A program made the translations under genes and the position numbers. Source: Candidatus Micrarchaeota archaeon (GTDB lineage: Archaea; Micrarchaeota; Micrarchaeia; Micrarchaeales; CABMGC01). From it: a DNA stretch of 24,000 nt. Within the stretch, counting starts at the first letter, position 1, and every line of letters starts with the position of its first letter. The DNA lies in the NCBI GenBank assembly GCA_030040265.1, contig JASHUB010000025.1, forward strand, positions 4,271 to 28,270, in the 5' to 3' direction. Below, in pieces: positions 7,347-14,167 of the stretch. Below the pieces are notes generated by a model. The model made no database searches. It had not been told where the DNA came from and worked only from the letters and a program-made list of their open reading frames with translations.

Positions 7347-8138
7347 GTGCATCTAAGATATGTCCTTCTAGGGGTTCTGCTGATAGTGTTCGCCTTCGCA
7401 TCGGTATTCGTGTCACTGAAGTCCCTGACCAACTTCGTTGGCAACGGGGGAGGCGCGACAGAGTTTGCGATGAGGCCGAACCAGACCTTCTACTACAACT
7501 TCGCGATAAACAAGACCTCCATACTCATCGCATCGTACGCGGCAACGGCCAACCTCAGCGCATACTACCTTGTCAACAGCACGGCGTTCGCACAGCTCGA
7601 ACCAGAGGCGAAGGCGAACCAGAGCCTGCTGCCAACGGCCGAGTCGTTGGAGGGCAAGGGCGTCGTCGAGATAGTGCTCGGTTCCGCAGGCGGCGCGTTC
7701 CCGGCCACTTCGAACGTGTCGACACTTTCCGGCACGCCGATATATGCAGTGCCAAACTCCACGGTGCAGCCTGGAGCGTACTATGCAATATTCACCAGCA
7801 GCGCTGCGTCCAAAAACACCACGACCATCGTGTTCAAGGCCGAAGGCGTCAGCACTGCCCCAACCACTGCGCCGAGCATAGGCTCTTCGTTCGAGCTCGG
7901 GTCCCTGGGCGGGGTGATACTGTTCCTCCTGGGCATCTTCTTCATAGTCTGGGGTTTCTTCAAGAGGCAGCCCGGAGAGCAGCCGAAAAAGATCACGTTC
8001 CTTCCCCCTAAGACCAAGGAACAGGAGGCAAAGGACAAGAGGAGCGAGGCGGCAGAGGTCGAGCGGCTCTACGCCGGGATAGGCGCGAAGCCTAGGGCAA
8101 AGCCCAAGGCTGCAAAGCGTAGAAAGACCAGAAAGTAA
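7347..8138 (+). CDS. Secreted/anchored sequon-rich surface protein with a C-terminal TM helix and basic tail
   Basis: Frame of track ORF 7263-8138. There is no in-frame ATG near the 5' end. GTG 7347 gives a signal-anchor-like N-terminus, HLRYVLLGVLLIVFAFASVFV. Eight N-x-S/T sequons, a C-terminal TM helix (LGGVILFLLGIFFIVWGFF) and a K/R-rich tail. The start codon is uncertain. Confidence 0.65.
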   Translation: MHLRYVLLGVLLIVFAFASVFVSLKSLTNFVGNGGGATEFAMRPNQTFYYNFAINKTSILIASYAATANLSAYYLVNSTAFAQLEPEAKANQSLLPTAESLEGKGVVEIVLGSAGGAFPATSNVSTLSGTPIYAVPNSTVQPGAYYAIFTSSAASKNTTTIVFKAEGVSTAPTTAPSIGSSFELGSLGGVILFLLGIFFIVWGFFKRQPGEQPKKITFLPPKTKEQEAKDKRSEAAEVERLYAGIGAKPRAKPKAAKRRKTRK

Positions 8139-8161
8139 GGCGTTTGATTAAAGAGAAAAAG

Positions 8162-8206
8162 GCAGATAAGACAAAAAGAGGGTTAAGGAGAGTGGATCTT
8201 ATCTGC
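8162..8206. repeat. Perfect 10-bp inverted repeat (GCAGATAAGA ... TCTTATCTGC) with a 25-nt loop
   Basis: Read directly: 8162-8171 is the reverse complement of 8197-8206. On the minus strand it is followed by CTTTTTCTCTTT (reverse complement of 8150-8161). Confidence 0.6.
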
Positions 8207-8229
8207 GCAATGAAAATGATTTAGTAGGT

Positions 8230-8245
8230 AAGGTTTATAAACCTT
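8230..8245. promoter_or_regulatory. 16-bp perfect palindrome AAGGTTTATAAACCTT containing a TATA-like core
   Basis: Self-complementary as read. AAGGTTTATAAA also occurs upstream of tfb (22476-22487). Confidence 0.4.
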
Positions 8246-8299
8246 AGCGCGACACTCGAAAAAGCCCTGTTATGCGTCTAAGTGGGGTTCGTCAAACTC

Positions 8300-8307
8300 T
8301 ATATAAA
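8300..8307 (+). promoter_or_regulatory. TATA box (TATATAAA) for the HTH regulator gene
   Basis: Its centre lies about 27 nt upstream of ATG 8330, which is the geometry of a leaderless archaeal mRNA. Confidence 0.6.
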
Positions 8308-8329
8308 CCTTTACTCACCAATTACCAGT

Positions 8330-9019
8330 ATGGACAGCCTACGCGAACGCATCGCTGGAGAGATAGCGCTTTCCGAGAATCCGGGAAGCACGATGAAGAA
8401 ATGGCGTGAGCTCTTCGGCATATCGCAGGTCGAACTGTCGAAGCACCTCAAGATATCAACATCAACGATCAGCGACTACGAGGGCAACAGGAGGGCCAGC
8501 CCGGGCGTCAAGATAATCAAGAGGTTCGTCGACGCGCTCTTCATAATCGATGAGAGCAAGGGCAACGAAGTTGTCAGGAACCTGGAGAAGTTCAGCCTGC
8601 CTAAGGAGAAGGACAGCTTCTACAGCATACACGACTTCAGCGCGCCCATCTCCGGAATAGACTTCGCAAGGATAATAGACGCAAAGATCGCCTCGAACCC
8701 GGGATACCTGGACTCGATGAAGCTCTTCGGCTACACGCTTCTGGACAGCCTGCGCGTCATACTCGAGATATCGCCCAGCGAGTACCCGAGGCTGTTCGGC
8801 ACCACCAACGAGCGCGCCTTCATATTCGACCAGGTCAGCACCGGAAGGTCTCCGATGGTCGTCATAAGGGTCGCCCCGATAAAGCCCAGACTGGTTGTGA
8901 TCCAGAACATCGATGCCGTTGACAAGCTCGCGATAAAGATATCCCAGATAGAGAAGATCCCGTTGCTCACCACTAGGCTCAGCACAGAGGAGATAAAGCT
9001 AAGGCTGAACAACATCTAG
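8330..9019 (+). CDS. XRE/Cro-type HTH transcriptional regulator with an uncharacterised C-terminal domain
   Basis: MKKWRELFGISQVELSKHLKISTSTISDYEGNRR is a classic HTH_3 (Cro/C1) motif, followed by a ~150-aa C-terminal domain. ATG 8330 is chosen over the track start 8282 because of the TATA spacing. Confidence 0.75.
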   Translation: MDSLRERIAGEIALSENPGSTMKKWRELFGISQVELSKHLKISTSTISDYEGNRRASPGVKIIKRFVDALFIIDESKGNEVVRNLEKFSLPKEKDSFYSIHDFSAPISGIDFARIIDAKIASNPGYLDSMKLFGYTLLDSLRVILEISPSEYPRLFGTTNERAFIFDQVSTGRSPMVVIRVAPIKPRLVVIQNIDAVDKLAIKISQIEKIPLLTTRLSTEEIKLRLNNI

Positions 9020-9658
9020 GTGGTCCGTCTGGTGGATCGCAATTGGGAGCGTTTCTGGTCCAACAAGGAAACAATCAAGAGAGAGCCCCTCAAATGCATC
9101 GTCGAGCTCGTGCCGGTGCTGAAGAAGAGAGGGTCACGCACGGTGCTGGACCTGGGATGCGGATCCGGTCGCCACGTCGCCTACCTGGCCAAGAAAGGTT
9201 TCATGGCCGTTGGCCAGGACATATCAGCTAACGCACTCGCATTCGCATCTGAGTCATTGAGCAAGATGGGTGCAAGGAACTACGTACTGATCAATCATGA
9301 TGTCACAAGGCTGCCGTTCCCCGATTCCAGTTTCGATGCGGTGATAAGCACGAACGCCATACACCACAATCGGCTAAGGGATATAAACAGGGCGGTGCGC
9401 GAGATACGCCGGATCCTCAAGGACAGGGGCGTGCTCTTCGTCAACCTAACGTCGCGAAGAAAGGAGATGCGTGGCACAGGAAGGAGACTGGAGGCAGGTA
9501 CATATCTGACGCTGAGCGGGCCGGAGAGGGGCATGGTGCACCACCTATTCACAAGGCAGGAGATAAAAAGGACCTTCTCTGGCTTCAAGATTCTAAAACT
9601 CACGCCACCCAGCGAGAAGGACAGGCACTGGCTTTTGCTGGCAGAGAAGAAGGCATGA
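9020..9658 (+). CDS. Class I SAM-dependent methyltransferase
   Basis: Motif I VLDLGCGSGRH, plus the post-I acidic GQDIS and DAVISTNAIHH. GTG start directly abuts the upstream TAG (9017-9019), suggesting co-transcription with the HTH gene. Confidence 0.8.
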   Translation: MVRLVDRNWERFWSNKETIKREPLKCIVELVPVLKKRGSRTVLDLGCGSGRHVAYLAKKGFMAVGQDISANALAFASESLSKMGARNYVLINHDVTRLPFPDSSFDAVISTNAIHHNRLRDINRAVREIRRILKDRGVLFVNLTSRRKEMRGTGRRLEAGTYLTLSGPERGMVHHLFTRQEIKRTFSGFKILKLTPPSEKDRHWLLLAEKKA

Positions 9659-9670
9659 CAGCATCAGGGC

Positions 9671-11020
9671 TCAGTTTCTTGCAACCAGGCGAAGGAGCAC
9701 GTCTTTCGGTTGGTAAGCGACCAGGCTGGCAGCAACGAGGAAGTCGCTGTAGAGCCCTCCCTCTTCGTGCTCTCCAAGCAGTCTCCCCATGCCTTCGGCA
9801 AGCTTCTTGTCAGCGGCGGCCTCGAGCAGTTCTGCCACCGCTCCGCCGAGCTCGCTCAAGAACACGCCCTCTATGCGCTTGGCGCGTTCTTCAAGTCGCA
9901 TCTCATTCTTCCTGCCGGCAACCAGCTCTGACAGATTAGCTTCGGGGTGCTCTTCGGCCTGCCTGACCAGCCACATGTTGGCCTCTTGGAAGTCTGTAAA
10001 GAACCGGTAAGCATCTTGGGAGACGGACAGGTCGAGCCTCTGTTTCGATATGCGCTCTGCCGCGCTGAGCGCCAGGGACAAGAGCAGTTCGCCAGCCTGT
10101 ACCGCAGCGTAGTGCGCCACATCATCCGCTGCGATGATGCTCTGGAACGCCCTCTTCGCCTTGATCCTCATCTTCGCAAGCTCGTCATAATCTTCAGCGG
10201 AGGGTTCTGCCAGCACGCCTCTCCGCGTGCATTCAACCGAGTAATTGTAAAACGCGGACAGAGCAGCGAGCGTCTTGGCCCTGGCATCTCCGTCCAGACC
10301 GCTGATGACAAACTCCGTTCCATCGAGGCTTGCACCTGCGATTGCCGCTAGGTTGCCCATCCTTGCGAGCGACATCAATCGAATGATCCTGGTTGCTATG
10401 CTCTTTGCGGGTCCTGTCGGCACGCCCGCGCTGCCCTCAAGCACGCCGGCCAGCGACCTAGTCCTTCTTTCATGGGTGTCCTGTTCGCTTGTAAGGTCGA
10501 AAGGCAGGGCGCCTGGCTCACCAGGTTTGAACCCGCCTATGAAATCTCCAAGCCAATGGTTCATTATGTTCCAGAAAACCTCATCATCGGCAACAGTCGC
10601 GCCTTCCAGCGGACGCGATAGGTCGTACTCAACCGTCCTATCCTTGAGCATCGCAATCAGGTTGCGCAGACTCCTCTGGGTAGCGCCAACTAAGTCAAAC
10701 TCAGCGGACATACTAAGCTTCTCAAATTCCTCCTGGGGGTCGTAGCCGGTCTCGGCGGCATAGTCCTTGGCTGCCATGTCGAACGCAGCCCTGGCGGACT
10801 TGTCCCCCAAGCTCCTAGACACCATATGGAGGAAGAAGGGCGCCACGCGACCAGACACTATCGCTGTGTACCGCATCACGCTGCTGCTGTACGCACCGCC
10901 TGCCTGCCCTATCGCGTTAGTGAAGGTCGTTTGCATGCCTCTGCGGTCCCCGGACACTTCTGCGAAGTACCTCTCGCTCGTGCTTAGGAAGCCCTGCGCG
11001 TGCTGGGTTTTATGTTCCAT
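9671..11020 (-). CDS. Orphan hypothetical protein (~449 aa), Ala/Leu/Glu-rich, predicted soluble
   Basis: Long ORF with host-like codon usage. The track start is GTG 11077. ATG 11020 has TTATTAAT (reverse complement of 11048-11055) about 30 nt upstream. No motif or family recognised. Confidence 0.6.
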   Translation of the reverse strand: MEHKTQHAQGFLSTSERYFAEVSGDRRGMQTTFTNAIGQAGGAYSSSVMRYTAIVSGRVAPFFLHMVSRSLGDKSARAAFDMAAKDYAAETGYDPQEEFEKLSMSAEFDLVGATQRSLRNLIAMLKDRTVEYDLSRPLEGATVADDEVFWNIMNHWLGDFIGGFKPGEPGALPFDLTSEQDTHERRTRSLAGVLEGSAGVPTGPAKSIATRIIRLMSLARMGNLAAIAGASLDGTEFVISGLDGDARAKTLAALSAFYNYSVECTRRGVLAEPSAEDYDELAKMRIKAKRAFQSIIAADDVAHYAAVQAGELLLSLALSAAERISKQRLDLSVSQDAYRFFTDFQEANMWLVRQAEEHPEANLSELVAGRKNEMRLEERAKRIEGVFLSELGGAVAELLEAAADKKLAEGMGRLLGEHEEGGLYSDFLVAASLVAYQPKDVLLRLVARN

Positions 11021-11110
11021 CAAATCACAACATCTGCATACGCCCTCATTAATAAGCGTTTGCCCGATGTGACGCACGATGTCGAACCTACCTGCACGAA
11101 ATCGGGAACG

Positions 11111-11118
11111 TTTTTAAG
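11111..11118 (+). promoter_or_regulatory. TATA-like element (TTTTTAAG) upstream of nac
   Basis: Lies about 25-35 nt upstream of the cluster of ATGs at 11139, 11148 and 11151. Confidence 0.4.
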
Positions 11119-11138
11119 TGTGGGGCTACAAATGGTAA

Positions 11139-11486
11139 ATGACTTTTATGATGCCGAACATGGACCCGAGAGCCCTAAAGCGCATGATGGAGAGCATGGG
11201 CATAAAGCAGACCGAGATAGACGCTGACCGGGTCATAATCCAGTGCAAGGACAAGAACATAGTCATAGAGTCGCCCAGCGTCACTGCGATAGACGCGCAG
11301 GGCGCGAGAACATTCCAGGTGAGCGGCAGCATAAGCGAGCAGAGCACCGTCAAGGTCGAGATAAGCGATGACGACGTCGCGACAGTCGCGTCGCAGACCG
11401 GTGTTGACAACGATGCGGCAAGGTCGGCGCTCGAGGAGGCGAACGGCGACATCGCAGAAGCGATAATGAAGCTGAAGGGAAGCTAA
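11139..11486 (+). CDS. nac: Nascent polypeptide-associated complex protein (archaeal NAC alpha: NAC + UBA domains)
   Basis: MDPRALKRMMESMGIKQTEI..VIIQ..IVIESPSVTAI.AQG..TFQV is the NAC domain. The C-terminal DDDVATVASQTGVDNDAARSALEEANGDIAEAIMKL is the UBA domain. The true start may be ATG 11148 or 11151. Confidence 0.9.
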   Translation: MTFMMPNMDPRALKRMMESMGIKQTEIDADRVIIQCKDKNIVIESPSVTAIDAQGARTFQVSGSISEQSTVKVEISDDDVATVASQTGVDNDAARSALEEANGDIAEAIMKLKGS

Positions 11487-11490
11487 TAGA

Positions 11491-11805
11491 TCACAGCGCG
11501 TCCATCTTGTAGGTGTGCAGGAACGGCACTCCCTGTACCATCCGAACGTCCTCTTTCGTCGCCAGACCGAGTTCTATGAACACCTTCACGGATTCCTTGC
11601 CGACGACATTCGCAGTGTAGATGTGGAACTTCGCTATCTCCTTCTTCGCATCGGCCTCGCTCCTCAGCGAACCGTTGTAGAAGTCCCTGTACTTCTCCAG
11701 GTCGAGCTGCAGCTTGCCCTCAGCGAGTCTCTTGCCAAGCAGGTCCTTGTCGCACACTGCGACAATATCCCCGTGCGGCGTGTTGTGCGCTCTTATGTAC
11801 ATCAT
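11491..11805 (-). CDS. DUF424-family protein
   Basis: MYIRAH...GDIVAVCDKDLLGKRL.EG...L......FY.G........VGKESV..FIELGL...EDV..VQGVPF matches the conserved archaeal DUF424 pattern. Lies 4 nt downstream of the GT2 gene on the same strand. Confidence 0.7.
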   Translation of the reverse strand: MMYIRAHNTPHGDIVAVCDKDLLGKRLAEGKLQLDLEKYRDFYNGSLRSEADAKKEIAKFHIYTANVVGKESVKVFIELGLATKEDVRMVQGVPFLHTYKMDAL

Positions 11806-11809
11806 TGGC

Positions 11810-13345
11810 TCAGCCGTATTTGTAGAAGAAGAAGAACGTGGAGCCGTAGAGAACGCTGTACCAGAGGAGCCATGCCCCTCCTACTAGGTTGTTGGCCATC
11901 AGCGTGACTATGCCGAGGACGAGCATCGCGCTAGAGAAGGTGACCTCTGCCGCCGAGTTCCTCAGGGCCGTGATGAAGCGCATGCCCCTCTTTTCAATCC
12001 CGTCCCTTGTGCACTTGAAGTCGGGGGCCTTGCCAAGGAGCACTGCGAAAGCAGCGCGCGCCCTTATGAAAGCGAGCCCGAAGTTGAGGAAGAATATGAC
12101 CACGCCATACTTGAACTTCCCGAAGTATATCCTGGAGACGAGCAGGGGCGCCGCGAACGAGATGAATAATGCCAAGAGGCTGAAGTACTCGATGCCAGAT
12201 ATGATCTGTTGCGGATAGATGAGGTTTCTTATCGACACTACGGTGAACGGAACGTTTATCAGCACCATGAGTATGGAGAGCAGGGTGAAGAGTATGAGGA
12301 TGAGCGAGAGGTAATTCAGCCCAAGTCCCAGGCTGAAGTAGTCCATATGCTCCAGTGTCTTGAGCGTCATCTTCTTCTTGTTGTTTAAGTAATGCCCGAG
12401 GAACTGCGTGCCGCCGTAGTTGTACCTCCACTGCTGCCTTGCAAAGGAGGTGAACCTGCCCATCGGCCTTCCAAGCGCGTACGTCCTCGGGATGTACACC
12501 CCCCTGTAGCCCTTGAGCCTGGCGTTGAACGAAAAGAAGGTATCTTCTATTATATACTCGGGGAAGCCGCCTATCTTCCTTATCGCATCGGTCTTTATTA
12601 TCGCGCATGAACCAGCGAAGATCGTAGTGTTCCTCGAGGCGCGGCTCGGTTGCACGAAGCTGAAAAAGAAACTGTTGAACAAGTTGACAGAATCCGCGAA
12701 AAGGTTTAACTTCTGATACCTCTTCTCGGTCTGGACGTAAGCGACATCCTTGTCCTTGAAGAATGGCAGCAGGTCGCGCAGGAAGCTCTTCTTTATCAGG
12801 TACTCATCAGAGTCAAATGACGCCACGTACTCTTCCTTGCAGTACTTCATGAAGTTGTTCATGGCGCCAGCCTTGTACCCTGACCGGTCTTCCCTATGGA
12901 TGAACGTCACCCCTTCCGTCTTGCAGAATCTGCGAAGGTCATCCACATCGTCGCGGTTTGTAGAGTCGTCGACCAGATAGAACGTAAGCTTGCTCTTATC
13001 GTAATCGATGTTCTTGAGCTTGTGTATGACCGTCTTGACAACCTTGGGCTCTTCGTTGTAGTTGGGCACGACCATCGCGACTGTCGGATAGTGGTCCAGT
13101 TTCCCGAACTTAGTCTTCATGTTCTTGAACTTCTGCTCGTACGAGTACGCCGAGTAGTAGGCGATCGCCGCCTGGAGGTTGAACACCGTGGAGATGCCGC
13201 TCAGGAACAGGAATGCTATGGCTATCGCAACGTCGTAAACGTTCGTCGCTATGAAGAAAAGGTACCCGGCGAAGCCTATCGACAGTGCGTTCAGAAGCAG
13301 CACCGCCGGTATGGTCAGATATCTAATCAAGGCGCTCTTGTCCAA
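11810..13345 (-). CDS. Processive family-2 glycosyltransferase (cellulose/chitin/hyaluronan-synthase-like), integral membrane
   Basis: VAMVVPNYNEEP (GT2 N-terminus), YLVDDSTN (DD), SFDSDEY (DxD), GSCAIIK and RQQWRYNYG (the Q-x-x-R-W processivity motif), plus N- and C-terminal TM helices. Confidence 0.85.
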   Translation of the reverse strand: MDKSALIRYLTIPAVLLLNALSIGFAGYLFFIATNVYDVAIAIAFLFLSGISTVFNLQAAIAYYSAYSYEQKFKNMKTKFGKLDHYPTVAMVVPNYNEEPKVVKTVIHKLKNIDYDKSKLTFYLVDDSTNRDDVDDLRRFCKTEGVTFIHREDRSGYKAGAMNNFMKYCKEEYVASFDSDEYLIKKSFLRDLLPFFKDKDVAYVQTEKRYQKLNLFADSVNLFNSFFFSFVQPSRASRNTTIFAGSCAIIKTDAIRKIGGFPEYIIEDTFFSFNARLKGYRGVYIPRTYALGRPMGRFTSFARQQWRYNYGGTQFLGHYLNNKKKMTLKTLEHMDYFSLGLGLNYLSLILILFTLLSILMVLINVPFTVVSIRNLIYPQQIISGIEYFSLLALFISFAAPLLVSRIYFGKFKYGVVIFFLNFGLAFIRARAAFAVLLGKAPDFKCTRDGIEKRGMRFITALRNSAAEVTFSSAMLVLGIVTLMANNLVGGAWLLWYSVLYGSTFFFFYKYG

Positions 13346-13429
13346 TGCCTACACCGTAATGATACCATTAATATCCAAGCTTATTATTAAAATGGTTTCG
13401 TTGCAATTTTCTCTCCTGAAGGCAAAAGG

Positions 13430-13437
13430 ATTATAAC
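13430..13437 (+). promoter_or_regulatory. TATA box candidate (ATTATAAC) for tRNA-Ser
   Basis: Ends 25 nt upstream of tRNA position 1 (13462). Confidence 0.45.
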
Positions 13438-13461
13438 CTGCTATGCCAAATGCCTATACAT

Positions 13462-13585
13462 GCCAGGGTGGCAGAATCCGGTAACGCGCCGGTCTCGAGT
13501 TTGCAAAACATCGAGAGCTGATTTGTGATGCAACAGGCAAACCGGTGCCCGCAAGGGCTTTAGGGTTCAAATCCCTACCCTGGCG
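13462..13585 (+). tRNA. tRNA-Ser (anticodon CGA), class II, with a 40-nt intron after position 37
   Basis: Folded by hand. The acceptor GCCAGGG pairs with CCCTGGC, with discriminator G. Anticodon stem CCGGT/ACCGG, loop CU-CGA-G[intron]A. Long variable arm TGCCCGCAAGGGCTT. T arm TAGGG-TTCAAAT-CCCTA. The intron contains TCGAGA, complementary to the anticodon-loop TCTCGA. Caveat: the D stem has an A12:C23 mismatch. Confidence 0.85.
13500..13539 (+). other. tRNA intron (canonical 37/38 position), presumably bulge-helix-bulge type
   Basis: Removing 13500-13539 restores the anticodon stem-loop and gives an 84-nt mature tRNA. The internal stem TTGCA...TGCAA and pairing with the anticodon loop are visible. 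The exact BHB geometry was not verified. Confidence 0.7.
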
Positions 13586-13588
13586 AAC
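13574..13588 (+). repeat. Left copy of 15-nt direct repeat CCTACCCTGGCGAAC (att-like; last 12 nt of tRNA-Ser + 3 nt)
   Basis: Exact match to 14153-14167. Confidence 0.9.
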
Positions 13589-13590
13589 TT

Positions 13591-13829
13591 CTAAAGGTAT
13601 TTTCCAGCTTTTGACGTATAGGATGCGGTTATGACAAATACCGCCCCGTCAAGTCGAAGAAAGATAACTACGACAATCCTTCGTTAGGCAGCCTTTTTGT
13701 CGCAGAGAACTCGCCTTTGCCTCTAGCAAGAACCTTGTTCGGACCTATAAGGGCATTCTCCACTTCCTATCTAGATATTCCTCGTTCAAGCATTCGCTGC
13801 AGGGAATGCTTAGAAAAAGTGATAATCAT
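13591..13829 (-). pseudogene. DUF4258-family toxin pseudogene (premature TAG + one frameshift)
   Basis: The ATG (13829-13827) overlaps the TGA of the upstream DUF2283 gene as ATGA. Frame A reads MIITFSKHSLQRMLERGISR*EVENALIGPNKVLARGKGEFSATKRLPNEGLS*, with the TAG at 13769-13767. The family-like C-terminus RRIVVVIFLRLDGAVFVITASYTSKAGKYL* continues in another frame from about 13683 to the stop at 13593-13591. The total span of 239 nt is not a multiple of 3. Matches the DUF4258 pattern (f..HA..Rm.eRgIs..ev...l......vvv......viTvY). Confidence 0.7.
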
Positions 13830-14071
13830 CTGCTTACCGCTATGTTGGTCAGCACTCTGGAAAGTATCGCGTTCAGGTTGACGTTTGCTTTTGAGAATCC
13901 GAGGATCTCTATCCCAATTACTCTATTATGGTTGTCTCTGTCCAAAAGGACTCCTTTTCCGACCTCAACAGTATCCTGCACCTTGCCATTGCGGATTCGG
14001 ATATAAGCCGCATCCACCTGCCGGTCGTACTCAAGAACATACTTTTCGGTCTTTGAATGCCTTTTCTCCAT
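13826..14071 (-). CDS. DUF2283-family protein (putative antitoxin)
   Basis: YVLEYDRQVDAAYIRIRNGKVQDTVEVGKGVLLDRDNHNRVIGIEILGFSK matches the DUF2283 signature (YD.e.DalYI.l....v......g.vlD.d..g.ivGIEIL.aS). ATG 14071 is preferred over the track TTG 14098. CTTTAAAT (reverse complement of 14104-14111) lies about 35 nt upstream. Confidence 0.8.
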   Translation of the reverse strand: MEKRHSKTEKYVLEYDRQVDAAYIRIRNGKVQDTVEVGKGVLLDRDNHNRVIGIEILGFSKANVNLNAILSRVLTNIAVSR

Positions 14072-14152
14072 GGCTCTCAACCATATCTTCACCAGCAATC
14101 GAGATTTAAAGCCTTATCTGTGAATCGCAGATCTATGGCCGTTCAGAGTCGT

Positions 14153-14167
14153 CCTACCCTGGCGAAC
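14153..14167 (+). repeat. Right copy of 15-nt direct repeat CCTACCCTGGCGAAC (att-like)
   Basis: Exact match to 13574-13588. It overlaps the last four codons and the stop codon of the minus-strand DHOD-like gene. Confidence 0.9.

Larger units (their letters stand above)
13589..14152. mobile_element. Putative integrated-element remnant (mini-island) carrying only a TA cassette
   Basis: Bracketed by the 15-nt direct repeat that includes the tRNA 3' end. AT-richer than the flanks (spot counts ~42-47% versus ~58% GC). No integrase present. Confidence 0.55.

Noticed and set aside
7316-8011. ATG-initiated 231-aa ORF in an alternative frame of the 7347-8138 gene
   Set aside because: The translation is extremely Arg-rich and lacks structure. 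The other frame encodes a coherent signal-anchor, sequon-rich and TM-anchored protein.
13767-13769. The in-frame TAG in the DUF4258-like ORF as pyrrolysine or programmed readthrough
   Set aside because: TAG is used as an ordinary stop by several well-supported genes here (362, 9019, 16123, 19319). The same ORF also carries a frameshift, so decay is the simpler explanation.
13806-14109. Plus-strand ORFs 13806-14006 and 13885-14109
   Set aside because: Antisense to the DUF2283 gene, which has a clear family signature.
13589-14152. A complete integrative element (provirus or plasmid) at tRNA-Ser
   Set aside because: Only 564 bp lie between the repeats and there is no integrase or replication gene. 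I can support only a remnant or minimal cargo.
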